NCBI RefSeq assembly: GCF_009914755.1
Contig: NC_060936.1
DNA length: 64,000 bases
Reading direction: 5' to 3' (one strand)
From: the human T2T-CHM13v2.0 reference genome, Homo sapiens
The notes under the pieces are model-generated. The model worked only from the letters and a program-made list of their open reading frames with translations. It was not told where the DNA came from and did not search any database. Shown here one piece after another: positions 1-12,966 of this stretch. The position numbers and the translations under genes are program-made. How positions within the stretch are numbered: position 1 is the first letter of the stretch; every line of letters begins with the position of its first letter.

Positions 1-206
1 TCTGGGCAGTGGTAGAAAAAGGTGTGGGAAAGTAGGAATCAGCCAAATGGTTGAAGATAGGAGCACTGGTGATATTTGTCTCCTGCCTGAGAAGGAATGA
101 GTGCCTGTCATGAAATCAGCAAGGTGACATGCTGGTTATGGTGGCAGCGCTTCCAGCAGTGTGTCAAGCTCAGGCATCGCTTTGATTAAAATGCCAAGTG
201 CTGGGA

Positions 207-358
207 CCTCCTTCCCCTACCACTCCCACTTCTCCCTGCCTCTTCCTCCTTCCCCTACCACTCATACCTCTCCCCGCCTCTACCTCCTTCGCCTACCACT
301 AACACCTCTCCCTGCCTCTTCTTCCTTCCCCCACCACTCATAACTTTCCCTGCTTCTA
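207..358. repeat. 38-bp C-rich minisatellite, 4 diverged copies
   Basis: Unit cctccttcccctaccactc...ctccctgcctctt recurs at 207, 245, 283 and 321 (period 38). Confidence 0.85.
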
Positions 359-399
359 CCTTGTAGTTAGTGCATGTCCTTGAGCTTGACTCCCAAAAC

Positions 400-810
400 A
401 GTATACAGAGAACTATGGTGAAGAAGTTAACAGTAAAAGCACCTGAGTCTGGCTGCTTGGTTTGATCTCCTAGTGCTACCATTTCTTTGTGCCCCAATTT
501 CCTTCTTTGAAAAATAGAGATAACAGTACCTATGTCTATAGGTTTTTTGAGGTTTAAATTAGCTAATACACGTGATAACAATAATAATAATCATGTTCAA
601 TGAAAAATTGTCTTCCTGCCAATCACTCATCTAAGTGAAATATTTAAATTATTCAGTCCTTACCACCACATTAGGAAGTTGGTGTTATTATCATCTCACT
701 TTGTGGAGGAGGAAACTGAGGTATGGATGGGTCAAGTAACTTGCCCAAAGTCATATAGTCAGCAAGTGGCAAATGTAGAATGTGAATTCAGACAATCTGG
801 ATCCTGAGTC
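400..810. mobile_element. Two MIR SINE relics in opposite orientations
   Basis: MIR core-like segments tttccttctttgaaaatagagataacagtacc (+) and gaggaaactgagg...aagtaacttgcccaaagtcatatag (-). Confidence 0.7.
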
Positions 811-1079
811 TGTGTTGTCAATCCTTACCCTGCACACACAAAATACACTAAGGCAAGTGCCTGTACCCCAGCCAGCCCACACTGCCTTTTGGTGATTACT
901 GTAAACTGGCAAGGAGGAGTTTGGGCATTTTCCTCTGATTACCTTCTTTGGCCATAACACAGATCGCACCCGTGAAAAATTGCTCCATGCTCTTCTACAT
1001 CCAAGGCCACTCCCTATCTTCTGGGAGGCACCTTGGGTTCCTCTGACTCCCTCTATTCCACATCCAGCCAGTCACCAGA

Positions 1080-1700
1080 TCCCACAGATCCCAAAGCACT
1101 TTTTCTCTCCGTTCCCGGTGTCCTGGCCTTGGCTCCAGCCTGAAACACTTCCCTCCAGCCTAGCTCAATATGTGCCTGAAAAATGTCGGTGTCTTATTGA
1201 CCTGCTCCAATCCCTCCTCCACATTGCCACCAGAACATCCTCCTAACATAGAACTCTGACCATATTGTTCTTCCACCTGAAGTCCTTTTATGACTCTTCA
1301 GTGGCTTCAAAGAAATCCCCAAGCTTCTTAGCCGAGTCATGCAAATGCCATGACCTGCCCACTTATCTCTAGCTATTTCCCCATACAGACTCCATCCTTC
1401 ATTTCCACTCTACTCTTTCATTTGCTTAAACCTGCCATGTTCTTTTATTCCTCCATGCCTTTATGATGCTATTTGTTCCCCTTGGAAAGACCTTCCCTCT
1501 TTTTTGGTTCTGCCTGTTAAATCCCTATTCATCCATTGGAACTCTGGCCAAGGACCATGCAGTCTGGGAAACTTTCTCTGTTACCCTCCATTTCACTCAC
1601 AGAATCTGAGCTTCATCGCCTCCCTTCCCACTAGTCATAAGTGTGTTAAGGGAAGGGTCTATGCGTTATTTATCTTGGTAACTCCAGCTTTGAGTGGACA
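1080..1700. mobile_element. L2 LINE relic
   Basis: L2-like phrases (ccctcctccacattgccaccaga, ctccatgccttt...gctatt, tgttaagggaagggtctatg); highly decayed. Confidence 0.5.
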
Positions 1701-3228
1701 AGCTAGTTAAATAGAGAGTGATTGCTTTGCCATTATTGACACAGCCTTAATAACTACCTGCCTACAAAACAAAGCTAAATATAAAAACCCTCAATGGCAA
1801 AAACAAACAAACAAACAAGCAAATATAATGGAACTAGAAGATCATCAGATTAAACTCTTTTCTTTCAGGGGATTCTAGGAATGATGTACATGAAGAATAA
1901 GACTGTGTATCCTTTTCCCATAGTTAGAAAATGAACAACCATCTAAAAAATACAAATCTTTTGTACTGATAAGGCCCTCATATCAATCATTCAGGACCTA
2001 AAACTGAGACATTAAAGCATATAAATATTTACAAGAATTCTGCATAAAGGCAGAAATAGCTGGTTATTTCTAAGCCTTAGAAGGCATAACTATAAATATT
2101 TTTCACAAAGGAACCATATACAAGGGAAAGAATTCAGCCAACTCTTGTGGATGGGTGAGGTCACTAACTAGCTTGGCTACCCTCTTTTGAGAAACACTTT
2201 AGTACTTTTGGGGTGTGGTCAATAAAAAAAAGAACTTAACTGAGATCAGAAGATTGAACAAGGGTGATTTCTTAAAGATTTTTCTCCTTCCTTCTTTGGT
2301 GCCAACTTTTTAAACACGCGTTACAATTAAGTTGTAATTGCTTATTTCCCATGTCTGAACAAGGCAGGTGGTTCCCTAATATTGCATATTAATCCTAATT
2401 CAATTTATTGCCTTACAAGTAAAATTTGGCCCTAAAATGAGGATGGCAAGTAAAAATTCAAAGTTGATCACTAATGTTATTTTTAATTATTGCTTTAATA
2501 TTATTAAAAATTAAATTCCAGAGTTGTATGAAGTGTTTTCCCATAACAGTTTTAAGTAAGTGTTTCTTTTCAGCACTTCTATCCTAGAAATCCTAGCCTA
2601 GGTAACTGAAGCAAGTTTACAAAAAATAATGCATTGGCAAGAGAGGTAGAAGTTCAAAAATCTAATTTCATTCCCTCATTTGGCTGAAAACCCAAGCTCA
2701 TCCTTATCACAATTTCATCTTTTGTTCTCTTCATCTTACCTGTGAACCCCATATACTCGCAGCTTTGGGGCATAGTCCCAATGTTCCTTGAGCCTCCCTC
2801 ATCAACTTCTTCACCACTGTCCTGCCTGAGTTTGGCCTTGTTTTCGCCCTGGTTACCAATGCAATTTCAATGAGAAGGTAAATGAATTGAGAACATGCAC
2901 TCCGGGTGAACAAGGGGGTGCTGGGCATGGAAACTTCATGACTCCTACAACTTGCAAAGGGCACCTATGCCTTTTGAAATTATGAGAAGACTTAGAAATG
3001 ATGAGAAAACATAGCACCCCACAAGCATGGACTTGGGAGGCCATATGGTTGGGACAGTGGGGAAGGTATCTAGTGCTAGTTGGAACACTTAGCTTGTCTT
3101 TTCCCCAAGGCCCGGGTGCTGGTGGGAGAGATGAGGAAGAGAATGAGTCATAGCAAGGCTGAGGTAAGAGGCCCCACAGTTGTCCTTGGAGAAGCCAAAG
3201 AGGTTCAGGTCAGAAGATGGATAACACA

Positions 3229-4146
3229 TTTTTCTTTTATTTATTTATTTATTATATTTTAAGTTCTGTGATACATGTGCAGAATGTGCAGGTTTGTTAC
3301 ATAGGTATACACGTGCCATGGTGGTGGTTTGCTGCACCCATCAACCCATCATCTACATTAGATATTTCTCCTAATGCTATCCCTCCCCTAGCCCCCCACC
3401 CCCCAACAGGCCCCTCCCTGTGTCCATGTGTTCTCATTGTTCAACGCACAATTATGAGTGAGAAGATGCCATGTTTGGTTATCTGTTCCTATGTTAGTTT
3501 GCTGAGAATGATGGTTTCTAGCTTCATCCATGTCCCTGCAAAGGACATGAACTCATTCCTTTTTATGGCTGCATAGTATTCCATGGTGTATAGGTGCCAC
3601 ATTTTCTTTATCCAGTCTATCATTGATGGGCATTTGGGTTGGTTCCAAGTCTTTGCTATTGTAAATGGTACTGCAATAAACATATGTGTGCATGTGTCTT
3701 TAGAGCAGAATGATTTGTAATCCTCTCGGTTATAAGTAATGGAATTGCTGTGTCAAATGCCGTTTCTGGTTCTAGATCCTTGAGGAATCGCCACACTGTC
3801 TTCCACAATGGTTGAACTAATTTACACTCCCACCAACAGTGTAAAAGCGTTCCTATTTCTCCACATCCTCTCCAGCATCTGTTGCTTCCTGACTTTTTAA
3901 TGATCGCCATTCTAACTGGCATGAGATGGTATCTCCTTGTGGTTTTGATTTCCATTTCTCTAATGATCAGTGATGATGAGCTTTTTTTCATATGTTTGTT
4001 GGCTGCATAAATGTCTACTTTTGAGAAATGTCTGTTCATAGCCTTTGCCCACTTTTTGATGGGGTTGTTTGTTTTTTTCTTGTAACTTTGTTTCAGTTCC
4101 TTGTAGATTCTGGGTATCGGCCCTTTGTCAGGTGGATAGATTGCAA
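3229..4146 (-). mobile_element. 5'-truncated L1PA (about L1PA7/8): 3' UTR plus ORF2 C-terminus
   Basis: Poly-T tail followed by the L1 3' UTR antisense (atacatgtgcagaatgtgcaggtttgttac). ORFs 3656-4225 and 3489-3683 translate to the ORF2p C-terminus ([26 protein letters not shown]; WNQPKCPSMIDWIKKMW), split by a frameshift. Confidence 0.95.
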
Positions 4147-6537
4147 TAAAATACCTAGGGATTGCTAGAACAACATTCTTGCTGTTCCTCTTGTCAATGG
4201 ACTGAAGGCAGATCTGGCTGTTCACACACTATGGCTATAGCACATGCTTTTTTGGAGCGCTGGTCCTCTGTTCTTTGAGTGGATTCAGATTGCACATTGA
4301 AAAGCAATTGGATTTTCCTGATTCTTCCTCTTAGTTTCCATCCTATTCCTTTCTTTTTCAGCATTTCTATAAATTTGTGATTTCATTTTTGTCCATTAAC
4401 CCACTTATTGTCTGTATTCTGTCAGGATACTGTAAGCTCCATAAAGACAGAGATCACCGAGTATCTATAGCATGGTATAGTCCACGGCATATTGTCAAAA
4501 GTCAATACATTTTTGATGATGAAACATGTAAATCATTTATTTCATCAAAAATAGCTAGGGAGTCATTATTCTAATCTAACAGGCCCCAGTTTCTGGTACC
4601 TAGGACTGGCTTCCCCACAAATGCTGTATGGTGACTAGAACCTACCGGAGGTGCTACGTAGGACACGTTACAGACACAGGCCCCGTCTTCAGCATGTTAA
4701 TGATCTAAAAAACCTAGTGCAAACAAATTTCACATCAATGCATGCTTAGTATGGATTAAATCCATTGTGCTTCTGGGACTGTTTTGGAAAAGTGTGAGAG
4801 CTCAGTCTTATTGATCTCCATGATCTTGAAATCCCTTATGACCAAGAGCTGCTGCTGCAGATTATTCTCTTCCCTCGAGTCTCTCACATTTCTCGATGTG
4901 AGTGTGTGAAAAGGTTCAAGCATCAAACAAAGTCCCAGTTTTACAATGTCTTGCAGATTAAAAAAATAAATAGATTAGGCCTATTCTATTACAACCAGGA
5001 ATGGGAAGTAGCTATTAAATCATTCCCTGAAGGTATTTTTATTTTGTTGACTCATGAGAGTTGGCTCTCGCTCCTCCAAAGCATGCTGGAGCCATATTTG
5101 GAGAACTTGGAGCTGGTGAGTTTACTTATGTGCGGAAAATATTGAGATATTTTTTACATTCTTTGCTAAATCATTTTGGTTTTTTTAAAACAATCGGTAC
5201 TCCTCCTACTTTTTCTTGCATTTATTCATATAACTAAATAAAGACTTAGCTCCGTTTGTCAGTGAACTGAAACCAACATCATGTTTGCTTTTTAAGCAAA
5301 ATCATAACTTTCCATCTCAACACTGATCTCTTAATGAGACCTTTTGAGAGCAAATAATTGCCATAGTCATGTTATCTGAAGATGTCAGAATTCCCACATA
5401 AAAGTTGTTACTTAAATTAAAATAGTGCGTTGACATTAAACATTAATAACACAATGACAATAAAGATAAATAATTCATTTTTGTGACACAAAACCCCTAA
5501 TAGGTTTCAAAACCTGGGTATTCCCAAGTCACATCCAGTAATACCTATGCAAACTTAACATATTAAATTAGCCTGGAAATCTTGTAGGCAGAAAAGAAAA
5601 GCTGCCCTTCTGAGCTTTCTGCTATTTCCTGCCTCTCGTCAGGCTGGAAATGTTTGAGGACTGCCTTTCTCCTGGTATTTCAACGTGCTGGCTTCTGGTC
5701 CCAGATGGAACCAAGAAAAGCAGAGGAGTGTGAAAAATAAAAATATTTTCAGTGTTGTTAACCCAACCTTTTAAAGTCTTAAGAGATTTCCTTTGGATTG
5801 GTAAAAGAAACTATTAGAATTTAGGGGTGCTGCTTTCCCCCCAGGCCAGATAACACATGTTCTCTTGTTTCTAATGTCATAAAATATACCTGAAAGTAAC
5901 TAAAAGTCAGATCATCTGCAGGTTCAGCTGAGCGATTTGGCTCTTTAAAAAATTATTATTCTTTAAGTGCAGATCCTTCCCTGTTCATGGAAGTTTCTAA
6001 AAATGTCTAGTCCTGCTGTGCAAGCGCAAGGGTGAGCTCTGTTTAGGGCCTGTAAGGCTCATGGTCTTCTAACATCTTGTAGCAGGCTCATTGCACATCA
6101 GAAAAAAACAATGAAGGTAATAGTCCTATCTACACTATAAGAAAACAGAAAGGAGACTTGAGCTAGGTCTTCGCCACAAAATAGACTAAGGCAAGAAATG
6201 CGGATTTCTCAAAAAATAACCAACCAACATTTTTTAAAATCTCAATTATCTTCAGAATTTTTATACCAACACAGATACGCCAGCTATCTTTATTTGCTTT
6301 TTTAATTCTTTTGAATTAAAGTTTCTGGATAATAGTTATTTTGATTCTTCTTATTTTATCTAGGGGAGCCAAGATGGTCACTTTGAGCACCAGAGGTTAT
6401 AAATTTTTTTTAAGAGATGAAGAATCTAAGCCCTATCGAGTTCTTACTGAGTACTAGAGATTGTCCTAGTCACATGTATGTATTATTCTCTTTTAATTTG
6501 GAATCACTTCTGATTATACGAATAGTACTGCTAACAG

Positions 6538-7039
6538 TATGGTAGACTGAATAATGGACCTCAAGGATATCTACATCCTAATCCCCAGAACCTTTGAATA
6601 TGTAACCTTACATGGCAAAAGTGACTTTGCACCTGTGATTAAAGAATCTGAGACAGGGAAGTTACCCTGCATTCTATGGATGGGCCTAATTCAATCACAA
6701 TATTCCTTATAAGATGGAGGCAAGAAAGTAACAGTTAGCGAGAGAAGATGAGACAACAGAAGCAGAGGTCAGAGATGAGAGAAGTATGCTGATGACTTTG
6801 AAGAGGGAAGAAGGGACCACAAGCCAAGGAATGCAGGCTGCCTTTAGAACCTGGAAAAGGCAAGGAAACAGATTTTCCCCTAAACCTCCAGAAGGAATCA
6901 GCTGCTGATATTCTGACCTTAGCCCAGTGAGATTGACCTTGGACTTTTGACCCCTGGAACTGTGAGAGAATAAATTCACTTCATTTTCAGTCACTAAATC
7001 TATGGTAATTTGTTAAAGCAGAAAGAGAAAACTTACACA
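6538..7039 (+). mobile_element. MLT1D-type MaLR solo LTR
   Basis: Matches the recalled MLT1D start (ggtagactgaataatgg...cctaatccccagaacc...catggcaaaag), has AATAAA near 6968 and an LTR-type end. Flanks aacag/aacac resemble a 5-bp TSD. Confidence 0.85.
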
Positions 7040-7174
7040 AACACTTGTTAAATGTTTTCTATGTTGCACTCACTGAGCTAATCACTTTATATATTAAGCC
7101 ATTTAGTGTTAAGAGCCATCGTTTAATTTTGACTGGTGAGAAGGATTAAGAATCCCTGGGTGAATAAGTAGTGG

Positions 7175-7358
7175 TACTGGGATTCAGTACTGGGGTTCAG
7201 TGCTGGGATTCAGTGAGGGTTTACCTAATATTTGCATCACTTGTACTTAGTGAAATAGCAAGATCAGAACTCTATTAGTATTACTGGGATTCAGTGAGGG
7301 TTTGCCTACTATTTGCATCACTTGTACTTAGAGAAGTACCAAGATCAGAACTCTATTA
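7175..7358. repeat. 13-bp unit x3 followed by a local tandem duplication (period 81)
   Basis: tactgggattcag-like units at 7175, 7188 and 7201; segment 7201-7277 is repeated at 7282-7358 with few mismatches. Confidence 0.9.
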
Positions 7359-10300
7359 CCATTTAAAAAAAAATTTAAAACTCTGCAAGGCCAGCATTTT
7401 TTGCATTTATAGATGGGAACATTGTAGCTTAAAAAGGTGAAGTAACTTGCCAAAGGTCATGGAACTAAAAAGTTGGAGCCAAGGTTTGAATAATAGACAG
7501 TCCACCCTAAATTCATGCATGTAATCACTACCGGAATGTAGAAGTATCGCAGGCCTCAAAATACCATTATGAATCACCATAGGGAGGAAAGCTGCCCATC
7601 GGTCAAAAGCAGTTACATGGGTTGTTTCATGAGAAAGAAATAAACTTATTTTGTAAACCACTGAAAATTTTGTGTTTGCTATAGCCATTGATGTTAGCCT
7701 AGGTAATAAACATCAACACAGTCTGTTCTTTCTTCAATCCTTTGACTTTCCTGAGGCCTGTTCTACCCAATCTTTGTGTATCACTGAACATTAATACAAC
7801 TATACTATAGAATCCACAGTTCACACTGAAATTTAACTGGTGGTTCCAACGTTATCCTTCATAGTGTTTCCCCTGCTCCGGGATCCAATCAAGGAGCATG
7901 CATTGCATTTAGATTTCATCTCTTTTCAGCATTCTTAAATTAGAAATGGCCCCTCAGCCTTTCTTTATCTTCCTTGGCCTAATATTTCTGAAGAGTGTAT
8001 TTGGTTACATTTTAGAATATGTCCCTTCTTTTGGGCTTTTCTGTTTCTTCTCGTGATCATGTTCATACAAGGTATGGTTAAAACTATAAACAAAAGCAAA
8101 GATCTCATAACATTCCAAATGTGAATATTAAATACAATCAGGCACTAGATAATTTACGTTAGGACCCTCACCTATCAATGGGAGTATTCATTCAAACTCT
8201 GAAACTCATAAATACAAGGTAAGTGTGCCATTGGAGATTTCTCAGTAATTTTTACAGACTCTCAACTTGACAAAGATAAATAAGTCTCTTGCTTGTGTTG
8301 GATTTGCTTTTGCCTAGGCTCCCTAAAAAGCAGAGCCTGAGTCAAGGGTTAAGTGCTGATGCCTTATTGGGAGCCACAAATCCAAGGAAGCAAGGGTGAG
8401 ACCGAGGCAAGGATGCAGAAAGAATGGGAAGCAATGTGATGTGGTGCATTATGCTCAGCCTCCACTTCTAGATGAAACTCAGAGACCCAGAAGGTTACTT
8501 AGCGGGAACGTCTGCTCAGCAGCACACATGATACTTCTCTGGACAGACTATATGTCAAAGCCTCAGGGCAGTTCACAAACTGGATAAACAACAGAGAATC
8601 ACTACCCAGCTCCCCAGCTCCTGACCCATAGGTCAGAGTTCACACATGAAACATTAATTCTCCTGAATTTCTGGATAGCAGCATCATCTGGACCATTCGG
8701 TGATGACTTGGGAGACAGATTCCAAAAACTCTGAGCATGAGTTTTGTTGACTTGCTGAGGGACAGAGATTTAAGAGACAGAGAGAAAGAAAGAGAGAGAG
8801 AGAGTGCCAAGCACTCCTAGGGTAAGTAACTGGCTGGCCTCAGGCAGTAAAAAACACATGGACAGACAGACTGGCTGGCTAGACCTGATGGAAATCAAAA
8901 GGGACACATATCTTATCTTGTCAGATGCAGTACATTTCTTCTCTGAGTCTGTTTTCTTAATTTTTTGGCAATGCATGGCTGAGTATTTTAAAGCATCTTC
9001 ATTTCAAACTTCTAAAATAGACAACTGACGCAAGTAGACCTACCAAATATTGTAGCTGTTTTACAGTTTACAGTATATGAAGATTTGGCCCCTTATATAA
9101 TGATTCAGCAAAGATAAAGAACATTGCATAAGCTGAGCATGCGATTTTGTGCCTTTAAGTATTTTAAAGGACAGTGTGGGGGAAGTGGCAAGAGATAGCT
9201 CTTCTATTCCAGTGACAAAAAGAGAATCATTGTGGAGGATTTTAATGTCCTAATTAAGGTTCATAATGACTTGCACAAATACAGAAACTCAATGAAGAAA
9301 AAAATAATAGAGTGGGTCAGGAGATTAGAAATATGCTCAAGAAATTTTGTCTTTTAATGAAATGGCTGAATTGGATATAGCAGCTCAAGGTGAAAGATTC
9401 AGTGAGTTGGCCTGTTGTATGAGAAGTGAGCAAGGGTGTTTTAGAATCTATTGATTGAAGAATGTTTCCATTGTATAAAACTGGGAATTAGATGAGACGA
9501 AAAGGCGACTTCATCAAATGGAGTCTTGAAAGATTTACAGAATCCAAGAAGCAATCCAAAGACACTCTTACTTTGATCTAGTTTTCCAGAATATAAAAAG
9601 TGTGTTTTGTGATGTTACCAGGTCAGTGCCAGCTCCCTGTAACTTTCTATTATGGAAGGAAGAGAATGATGTGAGAAAGAGGGAAAGACACATATATGCA
9701 GATATTATATTTATTCTTTTTCCAGAAAACTAGCCTCAAAACCTCAACTTCATGTCCTCTATGAAGAGAATCAATTAATTCAGTAGCTAGTAAAGAATGA
9801 ATGAAACGATCATCTTTTTTTTCAGTAGAATGGTTTAATTAAGTAGTTAAGTAAAAAAGAAGCATATGGAATACTTTGGCTTGCTTTTCAATAACTTCTG
9901 GAACAGAAACAAAGGTCCACTTGTTTAAGATCTCAAACAAAATAATTCTAAATATGGCATTTAAAAACAAACACAATAAAATTCAATCCTTAACCAAAGA
10001 TCCATAAAAGACAAACAACTAAAGTAATTGTTTTTACTGCTGTTATTATAAGTAATAATTTCATTTATTTCATGATGAGTTTTGCTTAGCTACAGTGGTT
10101 TTCCATAAAAGAAAAACATTGAGGTTTTTTTGGTGGTAATGAAGAGGAAAGAATATATAACATTTTTTAAGTGTGGAATTAATTATTTTGAAAAAAGTGT
10201 CAGAAGTATAAATTATCTGAAAGAAATATATCTGCTATAAAATTCCCAACTTATGTAATTGTATGTCTATAAATATTATTTTAATAATCATTTTGCTTAT

Positions 10301-11504
10301 ATTGCCAGTTGTGTTGAACCAAAGCTCAGAAATAGAAAAGTCACTCAATAAGAGTGACATCATGGGGCTTCCATATTCTCCCTCAATGACTTCCAGATCA
10401 AATTTTCTCAGTGTATAAATGAAAAGATGATGTTTCTAACAGCCAGCCCTGCAGACTCGACCTGGGATCTGAAGATCCAGCTGTGTTCACTTTGCTTCTT
10501 CTACCGTCACTGTAATGAACATGCTACATGGCTGACAACTGTGTTGATGGTGCGTGAGGTTGAATATAATCTAGCTTGTCTCTTCTGTGAAGGATTTTCT
10601 GACTCTGCTAGCCTAAGAAGAATAAAGAAAAATGAGTATATTTTGGTCTTTTAAAAATGTTTGTTTGTATCTCTTGAGCGGGATTAGAAAGAAACTGGAA
10701 AACACACAGAGCGCAAAATTACTGACTAAGACAATTATTTTACAGAGACACTTTGAATCCTTCTCCACATAATCCATTCTCTATCAAGGGATGATAATTG
10801 AGACTCTATGCACCTCACCAAAGAACAACCCACACACTTGTCACTGCTGTGATGAAGGATGATATCTGTGGGCAACAAAATATTTAAAAGTTTAATTCTC
10901 ATCTGATGTCACAAAATGCAAGTAATTTAAAGTCACCCATGTGCTAAGAGAACAGCAAGTTTTTTATCATTCAAAATTCTTATTCTCTGGAGCATTTTAC
11001 TTCCCATTATTGTGATCATAGAACTCATATCTGCCCTGAGCCATCTATATTCATATCCATTGTCTATCCACAATCGTTTTTTCAGATATTTTTGCCCCCT
11101 TTCTGTTTCCTTTCTCTCACCACAAAAATCTGCCTGCTGCTTTCCTCTTAATCTATCCCCACCACACTGAGGCTGTCAAGAGAGGAGTAAATAGGAAGAA
11201 CTTAGAAAATAGGGGTTTAAGGAGCTTACATGGAAGCATGATGCACAAAACCCAAGGGTCAGGGATGTGTAAATCTTTGTAAGGATGTGTTCTCATGGAC
11301 TACAAAGTAAATCTGAGCTGGGCTCAAGGAGCCAATCCCACTTGTCGTGCTTCACCCTACTTCCCTTCCTCTTTATGCATTCAGGTTTCAGCTCAAATGC
11401 CCAGAAATACAGGTTCTTCCCTGCACTATTAACTCTTCATCACATCAGCTGTTTATTTCCTTCTTGTGACTTAGCACAATCTATAATTATCTTGTCTATT
11501 AATT

Positions 11505-11632
11505 AATTAATTTTTAGAGATGGGGATTTCGTTATGTTCCTCAGGCTGGTCTTGAGCACTTCAGCTCAAGCGATCTTCCTGCCTCAGTCTCTTGAGTAGC
11601 TGGGGTTATAGGTGAGTGTCAATGCACCTGGC
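11505..11632 (-). mobile_element. FLAM / free Alu monomer inserted in an L2 relic
   Basis: Single antisense Alu monomer; TSD ttgtctattaatt at 11492-11504 and 11634-11646. Confidence 0.88.
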
Positions 11633-12932
11633 ATTGTCTATTAATTTCATTTTTATATATCATTCTACTAGATTGCAACCTTCCTGAGGTTAGGGACTCC
11701 ATAATTGGATCTTAATAAATATTTTAAAGAAGGAATAAGATGTATTGAAAAGACAATGGATGGGAAAGTGAAGTGTGGCCAAAATGAACAGAGAAAGCAT
11801 TTCAATGAAGGGAAAGAACAGATCCTATAACTAGAAGCTGAGATTTGTGTTCTAAAGTGACATAGTGTCCTGATCTGAGCATCAATAGGCACAGGAGCTA
11901 CTCAGCTTCTTCACTGACTGACCATACCATTGTGTAAGTAGATTTTCAAAGAGGATTGGAACATTGGGAAGAAGTGGTAATCAGTGATTTGGTGGTTCTC
12001 AAGAAAACTAAAACATCATATTTTAAACTGGATAAGTGAGCCAAGCTGAGAGAGCGAGAGGCTGCTCTTTGGGTCTGGAATCTGGTGCTGGTTGTTCGAT
12101 TTGTGGTGAGATGGAGTGTTCTGGCAGATAGGGGGCTTAGCACAGCAGAGGGGAGATAAGAGAATTTGTGACTCAGTGCTGTTTGTGCTTTGCTAGTCCC
12201 CGGCTCTTCTTCAAGCCCCAGATTTACTTAGCCTTCAGGAGACTGGAGCACCGAACACTTGAATAATAAAAATGTATTTAAATAAAAAAAGCTTATGAAA
12301 ACATTTTGTAATATTTTTCAATCACTATATGTGAAAAGTAATGTAGCAGATACAATATGGAGTTTAGATTAAAACTCAAGTTTGAATCCACTTGATCTAT
12401 CAATTACTGGCTTGGAGACTTTAAACAATTATTTCATTTATCTTAAGAGAGTTCCTCCATCTGTAACATAAGGATACTGATAATGGAGCTGTTGTAAAGG
12501 TATAAGACATTGTGAACATATTTTTCCAACTCTAAAATTGTAAACACATTTTAATAATTACTACATCTTTTAACACAGAAATTGATGTTCTTGAAGAGTT
12601 CAGCTCAGTTGACCACCACATATTATAATTCAGTTTTTAAGGATGTGGGTTCTGATGTCAGGCTAGCTGGATCAGAAGCCTTAACTTTCCAGTGCCTCAA
12701 ACTTTTTATCTCTAAAATGGGTATAAAGATAGGGTGTACTTCACATGATTGTCTTGAATATGAAATAATATAGTCCGTATCAAACCCTTAACACAGTGTC
12801 TAGAACACAGTAGGAGGCCCATCCATGTTCACAGGTATTTATTACTTTTATTAGCATTAGTTTTACAGGTATTAGTTTTACTTTCTGTTCACTATGGGAT
12901 GTCCCTTGAGACTTCTTTTGCTCAAGTCCAGG

Positions 12933-12966
12933 TGCATTTACACGTGATGACCACTAGATGGCAGAT
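12933..12966 (+). promoter_or_regulatory. CTCF binding motif with upstream module
   Basis: TGACCACTAGATGGCAG matches the core CCACYAGRKGGCR exactly (12951-12963). TGCA at 12933-12936 lies 14 nt upstream; E-box CACGTG at 12941-12946. Confidence 0.7.

Noticed and set aside
3656-4225. 189-aa ORF as a host gene
   Set aside because: It is the C-terminal L1 ORF2p of a truncated L1PA, frameshifted, with a flank-derived N-terminus.
7175-7358. CRISPR-like repeat/spacer pattern
   Set aside because: The DNA is eukaryotic and the 'spacers' are themselves duplicated; it is a simple tandem duplication.
2730-8830. Scattered consensus splice donors (caggtaaga on minus at about 2740; ctggtgagt about 5116; aaggtaagt about 8219; agggtaagt about 8822)
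   Set aside because: They cannot be paired with acceptors into a consistent coding exon chain, and this frequency is expected by chance.
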